Positions 11,621 to 24,694 are shown, counted from the whole stretch's first letter. The stretch: DNA of 63,261 nucleotides, filler included, from Octopus bimaculoides (GCF_001194135.2; 5 parts of 5 records of this genome joined end to end with filler, not necessarily neighbours in it); one strand, 5' to 3'. Program-made: numbers and translations. Notes: generated by a model from the sequence alone, not told the origin.

Positions 11621-12659
11621 ACTCATCTTTCCCACGTAACAATATCAGTGTCTCCATCTGTCCAAGTTTTATTCACAGCAATGTGACTACTTATACTTTT
11701 GAAAATTCAACATTCAGGGAAACTGAAAGCCTTTCCAAACTGGTAACATTGCTGTGGCTGATGCCATGCTTGAATATAGATTTTTTTTCCTGATAATTGA
11801 GTCAAAGAAAAGCGAGTATCGCTCAAGAACCTCAAGACCTTTGTGACTGTTAGGGAAAGAGTGTATATTATTTTCAAATCCGAAACCTAGCTCAGAATAA
11901 AGGGCCTGATCAGATAGTAGAATTAAACTGAGCGACGACTTAGATCTACCATTCATAAGCCGGAACAGTGTCTTTCATGCGCTTCTATACTGTTCCCTTC
12001 TGCCGAATTTCACTGACAGGTCTTTTAGATCAAAGCCTAGAAGAGGAGAAGATGTTTGTCCAATGCATCGGAGAGCTGGATGGAAAGTGAAAGCACGCAT
12101 TTGCAGAATAAACTTCCTAGCCATAACCATGTTTGCACCCATGATTTCAAGACATGTCATAAAAAGAGGAAGGTCGGAAAGGAAAGCAGGGATCATGTAA
12201 TGTTTGTAACAGACCGAACTATGCTAGAGCCACCCAAGAAACTTGGGGCGATATGGCATAATGATACATAGGTCAAAGGAGATAAACTGTTTACCGCCGT
12301 TAATATACACTATGCTCGTTTTTGGTGTAAGTCATTTAAAGATTTTTCCTGGATATCATACACACACGCACGCGCGTAAATCCATGACATTTTCTGGCAG
12401 CATCGTCAGTACGACAGGAAGGAGCGATACTGATGCAAGACTCAAAAATCATTGCAATGTCGAGTCTTCTCGCTCTAAGTCACAATACTCATGGACGTCG
12501 ACTCCAACTTGAGAGCACAGTATGGCTTTCATTGTCTTGTTCAGGCGTGCACGTGGTATTTCAAGGAGAGACCACTCTTGTGGAGAGCTGTTGTCTCACA
12601 TTTATCCAGAATATCTAAAAGTACAAGCTGCATGTGAAATATATACATACATATATATA

Positions 12660-12824
12660 GGCGCAGGAGTGACTGTGTGGTAAGTAGCTTGCTTACCAGC
12701 TTCATGGTTCCCGGTTCAGTCCCACTGCGTGGTACCTTCGGCACGTGTCTTCTACTATAGCCTCTGGCCGACCAAAGCCTTGTGAGTGGATTTGGTAGAC
12801 GGAAACTGAAAGAAACCCGTCATA

Positions 12825-12907
<83 letters not shown>

Positions 12908-13118
12908 CTATGTTTGTCTCCACCACATCGCTTGACAACCAATGCTGATGTGTTTATGTCTCCGTAACTTAGCGGTACGGCAAAACAGACCGACAGAATA
13001 AGTACTAGGCTTACAAAGAATATTTCCTGGGGTCGATTTGTTCGACTAAACGCAGTGCTGCAGTATGGCCGCAGACAAAATGACTGAAACGAATAAAAGA
13101 ATAAAAGAATAAAAGAAT
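12660..13118 (+). mobile_element. SINE family B (tRNA head, CORE-like segment, internal TA/TG microsatellite), full length
   Basis: GCGCAGGAGTGACTGTGTGGTAAG (A box), GGTTCAGTCCC (B box), ccttcggcacgtgtcttc (CORE-like), (AAAAGAAT)n tail. Confidence 0.9.
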
Positions 13119-13460
13119 ATACATACATACAAACATACGCGCAAATACATACATACATACATACTCACATACATACATAGATACATACATACATACATAC
13201 ACACATACATACATAGATACATACATACATACATACATACACACACATACATACATACATACATACATGCATGCATACATACATACATACATACACACAT
13301 ACATACATAGATACATACATACATACATACACACACATACATACATACATACAAACATACATACATACATGCATGCATGCATGCATACATACATTCATAC
13401 ATACATACATACATACATACATACATACATACATACATACATACATACATAAATACATAC
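13118..13460. repeat. (ACAT)n tetranucleotide array
   Basis: Direct reading; source of the MYVC/HTYI pseudo-ORFs. Confidence 0.95.
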
Positions 13461-14040
13461 TGACATTCATATAAGTACAGATATCTGAGTATATAAACAT
13501 GAAGAAATAACATACCCGTATCTTCCGTTTCTACAATGTTATACAATTGTGACGTACAAAACCAAACGGTTTGACGAAAATTCTAATTATGTTGTAGTAT
13601 GTCCTACAATGCTGCTCCAAACTACAATATTAGGTCATTGAAAGCTGGAAAGGTTATTTATATATGAAAATATGATATTCAAAACAAACTATATAAGTAA
13701 AAATCTGGCCGAAATAGAAGCTAAGCAAGAAGAAAACAAATCTGCAGGAAATTTACGAAATCACTTAAGCATGACGAAGCAAGAAAACGAATTTATTGCT
13801 TGTATATATTAATCTAGGTGTGTTTGTGTATGTTTGTAAGTGTTCCTATATATATTTACACATACTTATACAACATATACTGTAAAAGTGAAAGCGTAAA
13901 AATTCATCAGACATAATATGCATCTCGCTTTTATGATCCTCTTATTGTCTTAGAGGATAGTGAAAACACTTTACTTAGATACTGAAGTATTATATGCATC
14001 TTAATTTTAATCTTGACTTAGACGGAAATACTACAAATTA

Positions 14041-15624
14041 CACTGGTCAACAAAATAAAACTTTTTTAATCACCAGAGTTGCTGATTGACATTTCTGGGT
14101 TAGTTTGTAATGCTGATTACGAATCTGAAGTCCAGTTTCCTCTATCAGGTCACATTTTCATGTTAATGATACCTGCTGTTTTAACTTATATGATGCATAA
14201 AGCATGTCTATATAAAGTCTATTGAATACAAGATACGATAATTTCATTGCTTTTTATTGTATAAAATTAAAGATATTGTGTACAGATAAGTTACAGTACA
14301 CTCAAATGCATAACAACTTGAAATCTTTGGGATTTGGAATTTCTATGGTGTTTTCTCTCAGGTTCATCCCTGTATAACATCCAACAGTAGTCAGCTAACA
14401 TTCTTGCATTCCAAAATCCTCGATATCGTTGTTCCATCGATGCAATATCTTGATGAAAGCATTCCCCTTGCTCATCAGATACTGCTCCAAAGTTCTCTGC
14501 AAAAAAGTTCAGCTGTGAATCAAGGAAATGGACTTTGTCGGTGACATCCGACAGCCCATTGCAGCGTAGGAGTCTAGAAGACATTTCACTCCATTTCTAA
14601 ACTCTAGAGATCTCTTGTTGCCTAGGAAATTTTCACGGAGCCATTTGAAGGATTCCCAGGCTTTAAGCTCAATCTCATCCAGTGCTGTGAGGAAGTGGTT
14701 GTCCTTCAAGAGTTCTTTTATCTGCGGACCTATGAATACGCCCTCCTTCAGTTTTGCCTCGGTGATTTTTGGAAATTCGGCCTTCAAATATTCAAAACCT
14801 TTTGAGCTTTTCCTGGAAAGTATCTTCACGAATTGTTTCATGAGGCCAAGCTTTATGTGAAGAAGGGGAAGAAGAACATTTTCTGGGTTTAAAAGTGGCT
14901 TACTCTGGACGCAAGAAACTCCTGGCTCATGATTTTTGCAAAGGCCACTCTGATTGCACATAGTGCTTGTTAGTTGCACAACTGTCCCATAGGCATAAAA
15001 GCAACAATATTTCGTGAACCCAGATTGCATTTCCATCAGCATTCCAATCACTTTCAAGTCTCCACATATTTTCAAGCTGTAGTTTGTATAGTTTATGGCA
15101 TTGAGGAGTACTTGCATGTTTTCATAGCACTCCTTCATGTGCACAGAATGTCCAATGGGAATGGATGGTTTCTTATTGCCGTTGTGTAGTAGTACTGCCT
15201 TGAGGCTTATCTTAGATGAAGCAATGAATAAGCGCCATTCAGCTGGAACATGCTCTCGGAACAAACACAAACGTGACAAAATATTTCAGGTCTGTTCTTG
15301 CAATGCCTTGACATCCTGAGTAGAATTTGATGATGATGATGACTTGGCACCTTAAACAGAAAGTAAAATTTAAGAAAAGAAAGGATTATGAAAACAAAAA
15401 ATTACAAAATGAATACAAATAGTTATAAAGCAGAAGTCAGAATTTACCTGTATAAAGACGTTTACGTGTATCGATACTGCTGATGGGAGTTATATACCTA
15501 TCTTATCTCATCAGATAAAATGTGCCTGATAGAAGGAAACTGATTACATTTTTGAAATCTGCGGACAAAACTACATATAAAACACCATAGAATATCCCTG
15601 ATGAAAATTGGCTGTTGACCAGTG
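14041..15624 (-). mobile_element. Chapaev3-type (CMC) DNA transposon, both ends intact, internally deleted, frameshifted transposase
   Basis: TIR CACTGGTCAACA at 14041-14052 and 15613-15624; TTA TSD at 14038-14040 and 15625-15627. Peptides: MSRHCKNRPEIFCHVC, WRLFIASSKISLKAVLLHNGN, CGDLKV, LLPLLHIKLGLMKQFVK, SDEQGECFHQDI, MLADYCW. Superfamily assignment is from recalled motifs plus CAC termini and 3-bp TSD. Confidence 0.8.
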
Positions 15625-15879
15625 TTATCTCTGGAGTTTTTGGGTATACAAGCGCACATATATATATATATATATGCTTGTATGCATGTATGCTTCGAAT
15701 ATTGGTAAGATTATTAAACTCGAGTGACTTCCAGTCAAACTTCTCCTTTTTGAGGCGGTGATACATTTTTGAAGGTAAAATATCGTTAGGTAATTAATAC
15801 ATACGTATGTATGCATGCATGCACAAAATTCCGCTTCGGTCGCGAATGTCAGACGACAACAGCAAGAAAGTCCCCATCC

Positions 15880-16157
15880 AAGGCACAAGTCCGGGCAAGG
15901 TTGTTTATAGAAGATCAGCAGTCGCACATGTATACCAGTCTCCCCTCTATCCACCACTGATGTTATCCAAGAGAAAGGCAAAGGCCAATACAGTCTTCCA
16001 CCAGTGACGTCACAGCTCATTTCTACAGCTGAGTGAACTGGAGCAACGTGAAAACAAAGTGTCTTGCTCAAGAACACAACAAACAACATAGTACTGGAAT
16101 CGAAATCACAACCTTACGATTGTAAGCCCGACACTCTAACCACTATGCCATGCGCCT
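15880..16157 (-). mobile_element. tRNA-derived SINE family C (CORE-like)
   Basis: Minus strand GGCGCATGGCATAGTGGTTAGAGTG...CGATTCC head followed by gtgttcttgagcaagacactt and ctccagttcactcagctgtagaaatgag. Confidence 0.85.
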
Positions 16158-16262
16158 TCACATGTATACATACAAATACATATACATACATACATACATA
16201 CATACATACATACATGCATGCATGCATGCATACATACATACATACATATACACATACATACA

Positions 16263-16294
<32 letters not shown>

Positions 16295-17663
16295 AATATA
16301 TGAATTACATGTCAAAGTTGAATTCTTGAAGACATAGTTTTCAGTCTCAGAAATAGTGCCACCAGCATCGCTAGCACCACCCAGATTTGCTTGTTATCTA
16401 ATTCATGAAGAATTTTGTTGCTAAGGTATATTATTCAAAAAGCAAAAACATGATGATTTTCCTTTTGAATTTGTTATTTTTTCCTTCATTGTTCGCTTTA
16501 TTTCTCTGCAAGGATAAACAGGCTTATTTTGCATTTCTATGTAACAAAAGATGTTGCTAGTGTGAAGTGACAAACGATTTATAAATGTTAGTCTTGCAGC
16601 CGAATATTTATTTATTTGTTACAAGCTAATTATACTTTCAATGATGTGCAACAGCACAAACAATGTTTTAGAGTCCAGACGGTTGCTGTTAGGCAGGCAG
16701 TGCAACATAGAAAATATGTTAAGGAGCGAAGTACTACTATGTGATATTATAGCTAGATTATAACTGAATGCAATTTATACTGTTTCTCCTGGTTGTCTCT
16801 TACAACAATGGCCTCTGTTCCTTTGAAGTAGCTATAATATTTTCTTGCATCCATCCAACGCATTTATTGTCTCCCTTTTAAGTTTGTTCTTTTCAGTCTT
16901 CCAAAGCCCTACACTATGCACCTCGTTTAGACCTTTCTGACATTGCCCTCTGTATCTTCCCCATCTTCGCTCCCGATACTCCAGCAGGTATCGACTTCCA
17001 AATAATCAATAACCTATAATGAACTATATAATCAAAAGTATGACCTTTCTCTCAGCTAATTCATAAAAAATCCCGCAGTTTATAAACCTATTCCTGCCTT
17101 CCATGTCCGTCTTTGTTATTCGAAGATGATCGAGATTCCAATTCTTAGACATTGTCAATATATTTCAAAGAGCACCAACGACGGAGCACTCATCAACGTG
17201 AGCTACCAGAAAGTCTATTCTTTCGGGTTGCTTAACGATCCAATGATTGCTAGAATGTAATGAAATGACTCAGAATGTCAAGAGTATAATCTTGGTTCGA
17301 TTCTACATCAAAACGTTTTAACAAAGTGCTTGCGAAACACCATGAGATTTAGTAGCATGCAATTAATTGATATATGCGCTTTTATTTCCTTTCTGACAAG
17401 TTGATGTATAAACTCATATAATTACATGTGTATATTCAAATTTACAAAGTAATACAGAGACAAGTTACTGCTATACACAAAAGTACCTAAGTCGAACTAT
17501 TTTAGCCACTTAAGCATCAAAACATTTAGGATTGGTCATTCAAAAAAAAAATCAAAAAAAAAAAATCACCAGTAGACACATTTTTGTAATTCTTATTAGT
17601 AAATGAAACACGTGTGTAATGGGAAATACATAAAACTAAAAGCTTTTCCAGCTTCCTGTTTTC

Positions 17664-17701
<38 letters not shown>

Positions 17702-17743
17702 GTGTGTGGCTGGGTGTTTGTGTTTGTATGCGTTATATATATG

Positions 17744-17787
<44 letters not shown>

Positions 17788-18373
17788 ATAATAATAATAA
17801 TAATAATAATAANNNNNNNNNNNNNNNNNNNNNNNNNNNNNNNNNNNNNNNNNNNNNNNNNNNNNNNNNNNNNNNNNNNNNNNNNNNNNNNNNNNNNNNN
17901 NNNNNNNNNNNNNNNNNNNNNNNNNNNNNNNNNNNNNNNNNNNNNNNNNNNNNNNNNNNNNNNNNNNNNNNNNNNNNNNNNNNNNNNNNNNNNNNNNNNN
18001 NNNNNNNNNNNNNNNNNNNNNNNNNNNNNNNNNNNNNNNNNNNNNNNNNNNNNNNNNNNNNNNNNNNNNNNNNNNNNNNNNNNNNNNNNNNNNNNNNNNN
18101 NNNNNNNNNNNNNNNNNNNNNNNNNNNNNNNNNNNNNNNNNNNNNNNNNNNNNNNNNNNNNNNNNNNNNNNNNNNNNNNNNNNNNNNNNNNNNNNNNNNN
18201 NNNNNNNNNNNNNNNNNNNNNNNNNNNNNNNNNNNNNNNNNNNNNNNNNNNNNNNNNNNNNNNNNNNNNNNNNNNNNNNNNNNNNNNNNNNNNNNNNNNN
18301 NNNNNNNNNNNNNNNNNNNNNNNNNNNNNNNNNNNNNNNNNNNNNNNNNNNNNNNNNNNNNNNNNNNNNNNNN

Positions 18374-18432
<59 letters not shown>

Positions 18433-18675
18433 GATCGATAGATAGATAGAAATACACATTTCTTGACAGGTCCTTGAAGAGTCAACCATTTTGTAATCTA
18501 GAAAGCTGAATTTTAGTCACACACCTCCACCCCCACCGCCCACATTAGGAAATAAATCAGAAAGGTTATTTTCCTCTCACTCTTTTTCCATTTTGTATTT
18601 TTGATCCCCTCACATACCTTGCAGACATTTTTTTTGCTTATTCTTTCTTTCTTTCTTTCTTTCTTTATTTTCTTT

Positions 18676-18735
<60 letters not shown>

Positions 18736-18780
18736 TCACCACAGCGTTCCTAAAATACAAACATATATGGAAGAAGAAAC

Positions 18781-18862
18781 TTTGTAAACGAGCCACTCAT
18801 TGGGATCGAACCGGGAATTATATGGATTGCAAAGAGAACTCTTTAACCAGGCAGCCATGTAC
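18781..18862 (-). mobile_element. Isolated tRNA-like SINE head
   Basis: ATGGCTGCCTGGTTAAAG (A box) and CCCGGTTCGATCCC (B box); no complete cloverleaf. Confidence 0.55.
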
Positions 18863-20044
18863 TAGAAAATGTTATATCTATTTCACCAAACTCAATTTCG
18901 CTTTTATCCGATACTCTTGAAAATATTTGCTCTTAGTTGTAGTTTGAGATGACATAGTTCGCTTTGTTCTCTTGTCAATCTCTCTGTTTTCTCTTAATGA
19001 CTTTCTTAAGCGTTTCTATTTAATATGTTTTGGTTTTTACTTATTTTTTTGTTTGTTTCATTTCTTCTCAGACTTGCTAATTTCTTTGTTTCTTTTGGCT
19101 GTTATCTTAAAACAAGTTCGGACGCATACTCGACAATGTATACTTACTAAACTCCACCTAGCTTAATTTATACATGCATCACAGACACACACAGACACAC
19201 AGACACACACACACACGCAGCACACGCACACACACAGCACACACACACACATACACACATTCAGACGCACGCGCGAGCATACAGACACATGTACATGAGT
19301 ATATGCGTAAAAGCACGGTTTGTGCAGTCGTTTGTGAATATGTATGTGCGAGTGTGTATGTATGTAGATACATGTATGAGCGTCTATGACTATGTGTATT
19401 CGCATGTCTGCGTGTGTATGTGCGTGTATATGTGTGTATATGTGCGTATATGCGTGCATATGTGTACGTATGTGTATGTATGTGTGTGTGTTCGTCTGCG
19501 TGTTTGTGTGTGATGAGAGTGTGTGCGTGTTATTACTTTCACTCTGTGGTGGGAGAGTGGGGAAGACAAAAAGGGAGAAAAAGGAGGAAGAAAGAAAGAG
19601 AGAATGAGAGAAAAAGGAGGAAGAAAGAAAGAGAGAGGGTGAGAGAGAAAGATAGGTGAGTGTATGGATATGCATGCGCGCAAGCGTGTGTGTATGTTGT
19701 ATTTGTGTCGTGTATTTTAAGTGAATATATTCGGTCATACCAGAGGTGAAATTGTGATAAGAAATCGAAAAAATACAAGATAACCCGCCTCCTCCCCACG
19801 AAGAAAAAAATGTCTGTTTCATGATAAAGCAGCCGAAAGTTGTTTAAGTTATAAACTTCACAAGTTGTAAATTGTATCGCAAACCTATCAATTTGTGGCG
19901 ATAATAATAAGCTCCACTGTTCAACTAGCTCGAGAGAACTCCACTAGAGATTAGATTTGACAAACAGTTAACACACTGCCTGGTCTTGCTAGCTGTAGTT
20001 ATTTGTTGTTGTTGTTGTTGGTACTAATGTTGTTACAGCTATTA

Positions 20045-20097
<53 letters not shown>

Positions 20098-20182
20098 CAA
20101 TAGTAATAATAATAATAATAATAATCTTGTTGTGACTAGTAGTTTCGTACCTGTGATAAAGATTTTAATATCACCGTTACTC

Positions 20183-20395
20183 AAGGCGGCGAGCTGGCAG
20201 ATCTGTTAAAACGCCGGACAAAATGCTTAGCGGTATTTCTTGTCTTTACGTTCTGAGTTCAAATTCCACCGAGGTCGACTTTTCCTTTCGGGATCCATAA
20301 ATTAAGTATCAGTGAAACAATGGGGTCGATGTAATCAGCTGGCCTCTCTTCACAAATGTTCAGGCCTTGTGCCTAGAATAGACAGGGTTATTATT
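20183..20395 (+). mobile_element. SINE family A
   Basis: aaggcggcgagctggcag...gagttcaaattcc...ggccttgtgcctag. Confidence 0.9.
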
Positions 20396-21650
20396 ATGTT
20401 TGACTTTTGTTTTGCATTTGTACAAATTGGCTCCAAGTCTTACCCAGGGAACTCAAAAGACACAAATTAGAAGTTCATGGTGTTATGCCTAGGATGCCAT
20501 ATATTTGGTTTTGTATATAGTGTTGTTCTAGAGAATGTTTAAGAAAACATAAGAAACTTGAGTTTGTTTTAAAATTTGAGATCACATAGACAGTATTTTA
20601 TGTAGGATATGAGCAGTTCCCATGAGCCCTATCTTTTGAACTTCAGCCATTTGGGGGTTTCCTGGTATCTGAGCTAGGTAGTAATCAGCCCGTTTCGCTG
20701 TTATTCCCAGGGTACCTATGACAATAGGTATTGTTTTAGTCTTCAGGTTCCACATGTTGCTAATTTCTCTTTCAAGATCTTTATATTTGCTCAGTTTTTG
20801 GTAGGTCTTGACAGATACGTTTATATCGATTGGGACAGTCGTATCAATGTGGAGGCATGATTTTTGTCTGAAGTCTTTCAGTATTATGTCTGGCCTATTT
20901 GCGTCTATCTTTCTGTCAGTTTGAATGGTGAAGTTCCAAAGGAGTGCGATGTGATCATTTTCAAGTACTGGGGGTGGTTTGTGTTCCCACCAGTTTTTAT
21001 CATGGGGCAAGTCCAGTTTTTTGCATATTACCCAGTGAATATATTGTGCAGCTCTATCATGCCTGTTGAGATACTTTGCAGGCACAAGAAGACTGCACAT
21101 GGAGACAACATGATCAATGGTTACATTTTGTTGTTTACATACACGACATGTTGGGAAGCTGCCGTTCTTTAATATGTTGTCCTGGTAGTTCCTTGTAGGT
21201 AGGCATTCACTTTGGGCTGCTATGATAAACTCTTCTGTTTCTGATTTTAAGCCAGAAGCCATTAGCCATTGATGGGTAAGGGCTTTGTCAACATCGGCAT
21301 TATTAGATCTCTTTAGGTATTTGCCATTCCGAGGTTTTTCTTGCCATTTATCAGTAAGAATTTATCAGCTGTTTTAGTACGGGTTTTCATACGCTTAGCT
21401 TTTTCTGTGCTTGTTTCTAGCACGTCTAATTCTGGAATTTGTTGTATTTGGAATTCACTTAGATATTCCTTTGTCTGTTCTGTTACTGAGTATGACGCTT
21501 TCTTGTTTTCATGCTTTGAGACAGAGTTTTTCAGCTATATGTCTAGGCCTCTTGTGGAAATCTTTATTGTCAATTCCAGCAGTATAATTCCTCTTTTCGT
21601 GGGAGGCAAAGTCGTTCTATGTCTACCTTAGGGTGGTGCCGTCTATGCAT
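20395..21650 (-). mobile_element. R4/Dong-clade non-LTR retrotransposon, 5'-truncated (CCHC knuckle plus restriction-like endonuclease)
   Basis: ORF 20582-21262: GLKSETEEFIIAAQ, CRVC..HVVSMC, RHD, NRPDII, KLSKYKDL, QKIGLMGTAHIL. The 3' UTR ends in (TAA)n. Confidence 0.9.
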
Positions 21651-22088
21651 TATCAACTATTTTCGTGTTTTTCTGTCAAGATTACATATTTTAGTAATTG
21701 ACCAATGAATGATATTGAAACTGTAAGTCACGACTAGTATGGCTAAAGTACTGATCGCTTCGATCTTGTTTCTTGCATTCAGCGCTATCTTGGGTATTGC
21801 TCTCACCCTGCGATAACNNNNNNNNNNNNNNNNNNNNNNNNNNNNNNNNNNNNNNNNNNNNNNNNNNNNNNNNNNNNNNNNNNNNNNNNNNNNNNNNNNN
21901 NNNNNNNNNNNNNNNNNNNNNNNNNNNNNNNNNNNNNNNNNNNNNNNNNNNNNNNNNNNNNNNNNNNNNNNNNNNNNNNNNNNNNNNNNNNNNNNNNNNN
22001 NNNNNNNNNNNNNNNNNNNNNNNNNNNNNNNNNNNNNNNNNNNNNNNNNNNNNNNNNNNNNNNNNNNNNNNNNNNNNNNNNNNNNNNN

Positions 22089-22159
<71 letters not shown>

Positions 22160-22161
<2 letters not shown>

Positions 22162-22350
22162 GGCAGAATCGTTAGCACGCCGGGGAAAAAATGCTTAGCG
22201 GCATTTCGCCCGTCTATACTTATTCTATCGACCCTGTTCATTCTTTTCAGGTCGATAGAATGAGTACCAGCCGAAGACTGGGATCGATGCAATCGACTTA
22301 CACTCTCCCCCCAAATTGCTGGCCTTGTGCCAAAATTTGAAACCAATATT
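22160..22350 (+). mobile_element. SINE family A following an (ATT)n array
   Basis: tggcagaatcgttagcacgccggg...ggccttgtgccaaaatttgaaacc. Confidence 0.85.
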
Positions 22351-22739
22351 ACTGTTGCTTATTTCACACCGCGAGTCAAACTTTCAGCAGGTCAAAACTG
22401 GCAATCGTATCCCTGTATGAAATTAATTTACGTTCTTTCGACATCTAGCATCTCCAAGTACCACGATAACATATTTTCTTATTCTTTTTACTTAAAAGCT
22501 TTGTCTATTTTGATAAACAAACAATAAATAAATAAATATTTAATTCATTGAAATCAAGAATTAGCTATGTGTGTATGAAGATAATTTTGAAATCATCCCC
22601 TTGTAAAAAGTAAAAAGGTAAAAAAGCTATCCTCGTTAGACCTTAAATGATAAGGCTGGAAAGGTATCAAGTCAATCAGGAATAGGTGGAATTTTCCAGT
22701 TCTTCAGAATATATTTATACATATGCATGCAACCACTGA

Positions 22740-23830
22740 AAATTTCTGACCTGGAGTTCAATAGAGAATTAGGTATCTTAATTCTGAACAGGATCTGTGC
22801 TCTTTCAGTCAAAGTCTACATTTATTCGATCCAATCCCATAAGCTATGGATTTCTCAATTACTTTCCATTTAATCACATGCGGTGTTTCGTTATTTTTCC
22901 AAGTCCATACGTAGCTAGCCAACTTAGTCGCTTTACTTATATCCCTATGTCGGAAGGAAAGTAATTGCGAAATCCATGCCTTATGTGAATGGATCGAATA
23001 AATGCATATATATATGAGTGTGTGTGTGTATATGCATATATGTGTATGTATATACATCCGAATGTGTATATATGTGTATACAAATATATGTATATNNNNN
23101 NNNNNNNNNNNNNNNNNNNNNNNNNNNNNNNNNNNNNNNNNNNNNNNNNNNNNNNNNNNNNNNNNNNNNNNNNNNNNNNNNNNNNNNNNNNNNNNNNNNN
23201 NNNNNNNNNNNNNNNNNNNNNNNNNNNNNNNNNNNNNNNNNNNNNNNNNNNNNNNNNNNNNNNNNNNNNNNNNNNNNNNNNNNNNNNNNNNNNNNNNNNN
23301 NNNNNNNNNNNNNNNNNNNNNNNNNNNNNNNNNNNNNNNNNNNNNNNNNNNNNNNNNNNNNNNNNNNNNNNNNNNNNNNNNNNNNNNNNNNNNNNNNNNN
23401 NNNNNNNNNNNNNNNNNNNNNNNNNNNNNNNNNNNNNNNNNNNNNNNNNNNNNNNNNNNNNNNNNNNNNNNNNNNNNNNNNNNNNNNNNNNNNNNNNNNN
23501 NNNNNNNNNNNNNNNNNNNNNNNNNNNNNNNNNNNNNNNNNNNNNNNNNNNNNNNNNNNNNNNNNNNNNNNNNNNNNNNNNNNNNNNNNNNNNNNNNNNN
23601 NNNNNNNNNNNNNNNNNNNNNNNNNNNNNNNNNNNNNNNNNNNNNNNNNNNNNNNNNNNNNNNNNNNNNNNNNNNNNNNNNNNNNNNNNNNNNNNNTATA
23701 TGCATATATATATGACTCAAATCACATTCACCCACATAACCGACCACACATACTTCCGTTCACCCTCAGATGCATGATACAGTTCCATTTCAACGGAAGT
23801 CAAGTCCTCTCCATTCTGTAATGGAAACTG
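22740..23830 (-). mobile_element. Penelope-like element GIY-YIG endonuclease remnant, split by a microsatellite and a gap
   Basis: PLKWNC and GYVGECD before the gap; SFRHRDISKATKLASYVWTWK...IKWKVIEKSIAYGIGSNKCRL after it. These match the recalled PLE pattern SF....T.LS..W.LK....I.W.I....Y....C.LC. Confidence 0.7.
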
Positions 23831-24694
23831 ACGGATTGAGCTTCTAATTTTGTAAATATTTCACAGGATTTTAAGAGTACAAGTCTACATAAAACAGTAC
23901 TGTGTGCGTATGTGCATATGTGCGTATGTGCGTATGTGTGAGTATGTGTGAGTATGTGTGTGTGTCTGTGTGTGTGTGTGAGTGTGTGTGTATTAGAAAG
24001 AGAGAGAAAGAAAAAGAGAGCGGTAGCAATTAACTGAACTAATCTTTAGATGATGCGTTGCGATATTTATCCCAGCTTTTTGTGCTCAGCGTTCAAAACT
24101 CTTTGAGGTAAACTCTGTATTTTGTTCCTTTGTCCTTCGGAGTCGACACTAGTCCAGTGCTAGGGCTGTCCCTTCTCCCTCTAGCTGTCATATCCAGGAT
24201 GTTACACTGGGTCACTAGTGAGTGGGCTACAATAATTTCTGTGCTCCTGATTACGTGGGTAATTAAAGCATTACTAAAAGCTTGGTGCTTCCTGATATCA
24301 AACCATCCTTACCATAACCTCAAGTAAATACGAATTGGTATACGGAAATTGTTTCGGAGCACATTGACCTAACTGTATCGACAATTCAAAATATCAGCCT
24401 GGTCGCACTGTGTACCACTGATTCTGCTAGAAAAACATTTAAGGTGCGCAATTCTGTGTAACATCAAGTCACTTACACGCCAAATATCGTATGGAGTTAA
24501 ATTGCCAAAGACGAAGCTTCGAAACCGACAGAGATCCAGTTCTTACCCTCACATAAACATACACGTACATTACATATACACACAAAAATTTATAGACAAA
24601 CACTTGCACACAAACACACACGCGCTTGTGTGTAAGTGCTTGCTAGTGCATGTATATCTCGCTGCAGCATCCCCCTCTTTCTCTCTCTCTGTAC

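Noticed and set aside
13011-13546. MYVC/HTYI-rich ORFs (also near 31500-32700, 51000-51470 and 56450-57170)
   Set aside because: Artefacts of ACAT, TA and TG microsatellites.
16897-16987. Plus-strand AG...GT segment encoding SSKALHYAPRLDLSDIALCIFP
   Set aside because: Only a faint resemblance to the mariner YSPDL motif; no supporting context.
17636-18489. Long ORFs spanning N runs (also 22809-23821, 34861-35682, 38662-39556, 46234-47149, 59203-59852)
   Set aside because: Open only because N's contain no stop codons.
24510-24535. GACGAAGCTTCGAAACCG resembling a hammerhead remnant
   Set aside because: Lacks the CUGA core and a pairing stem I.
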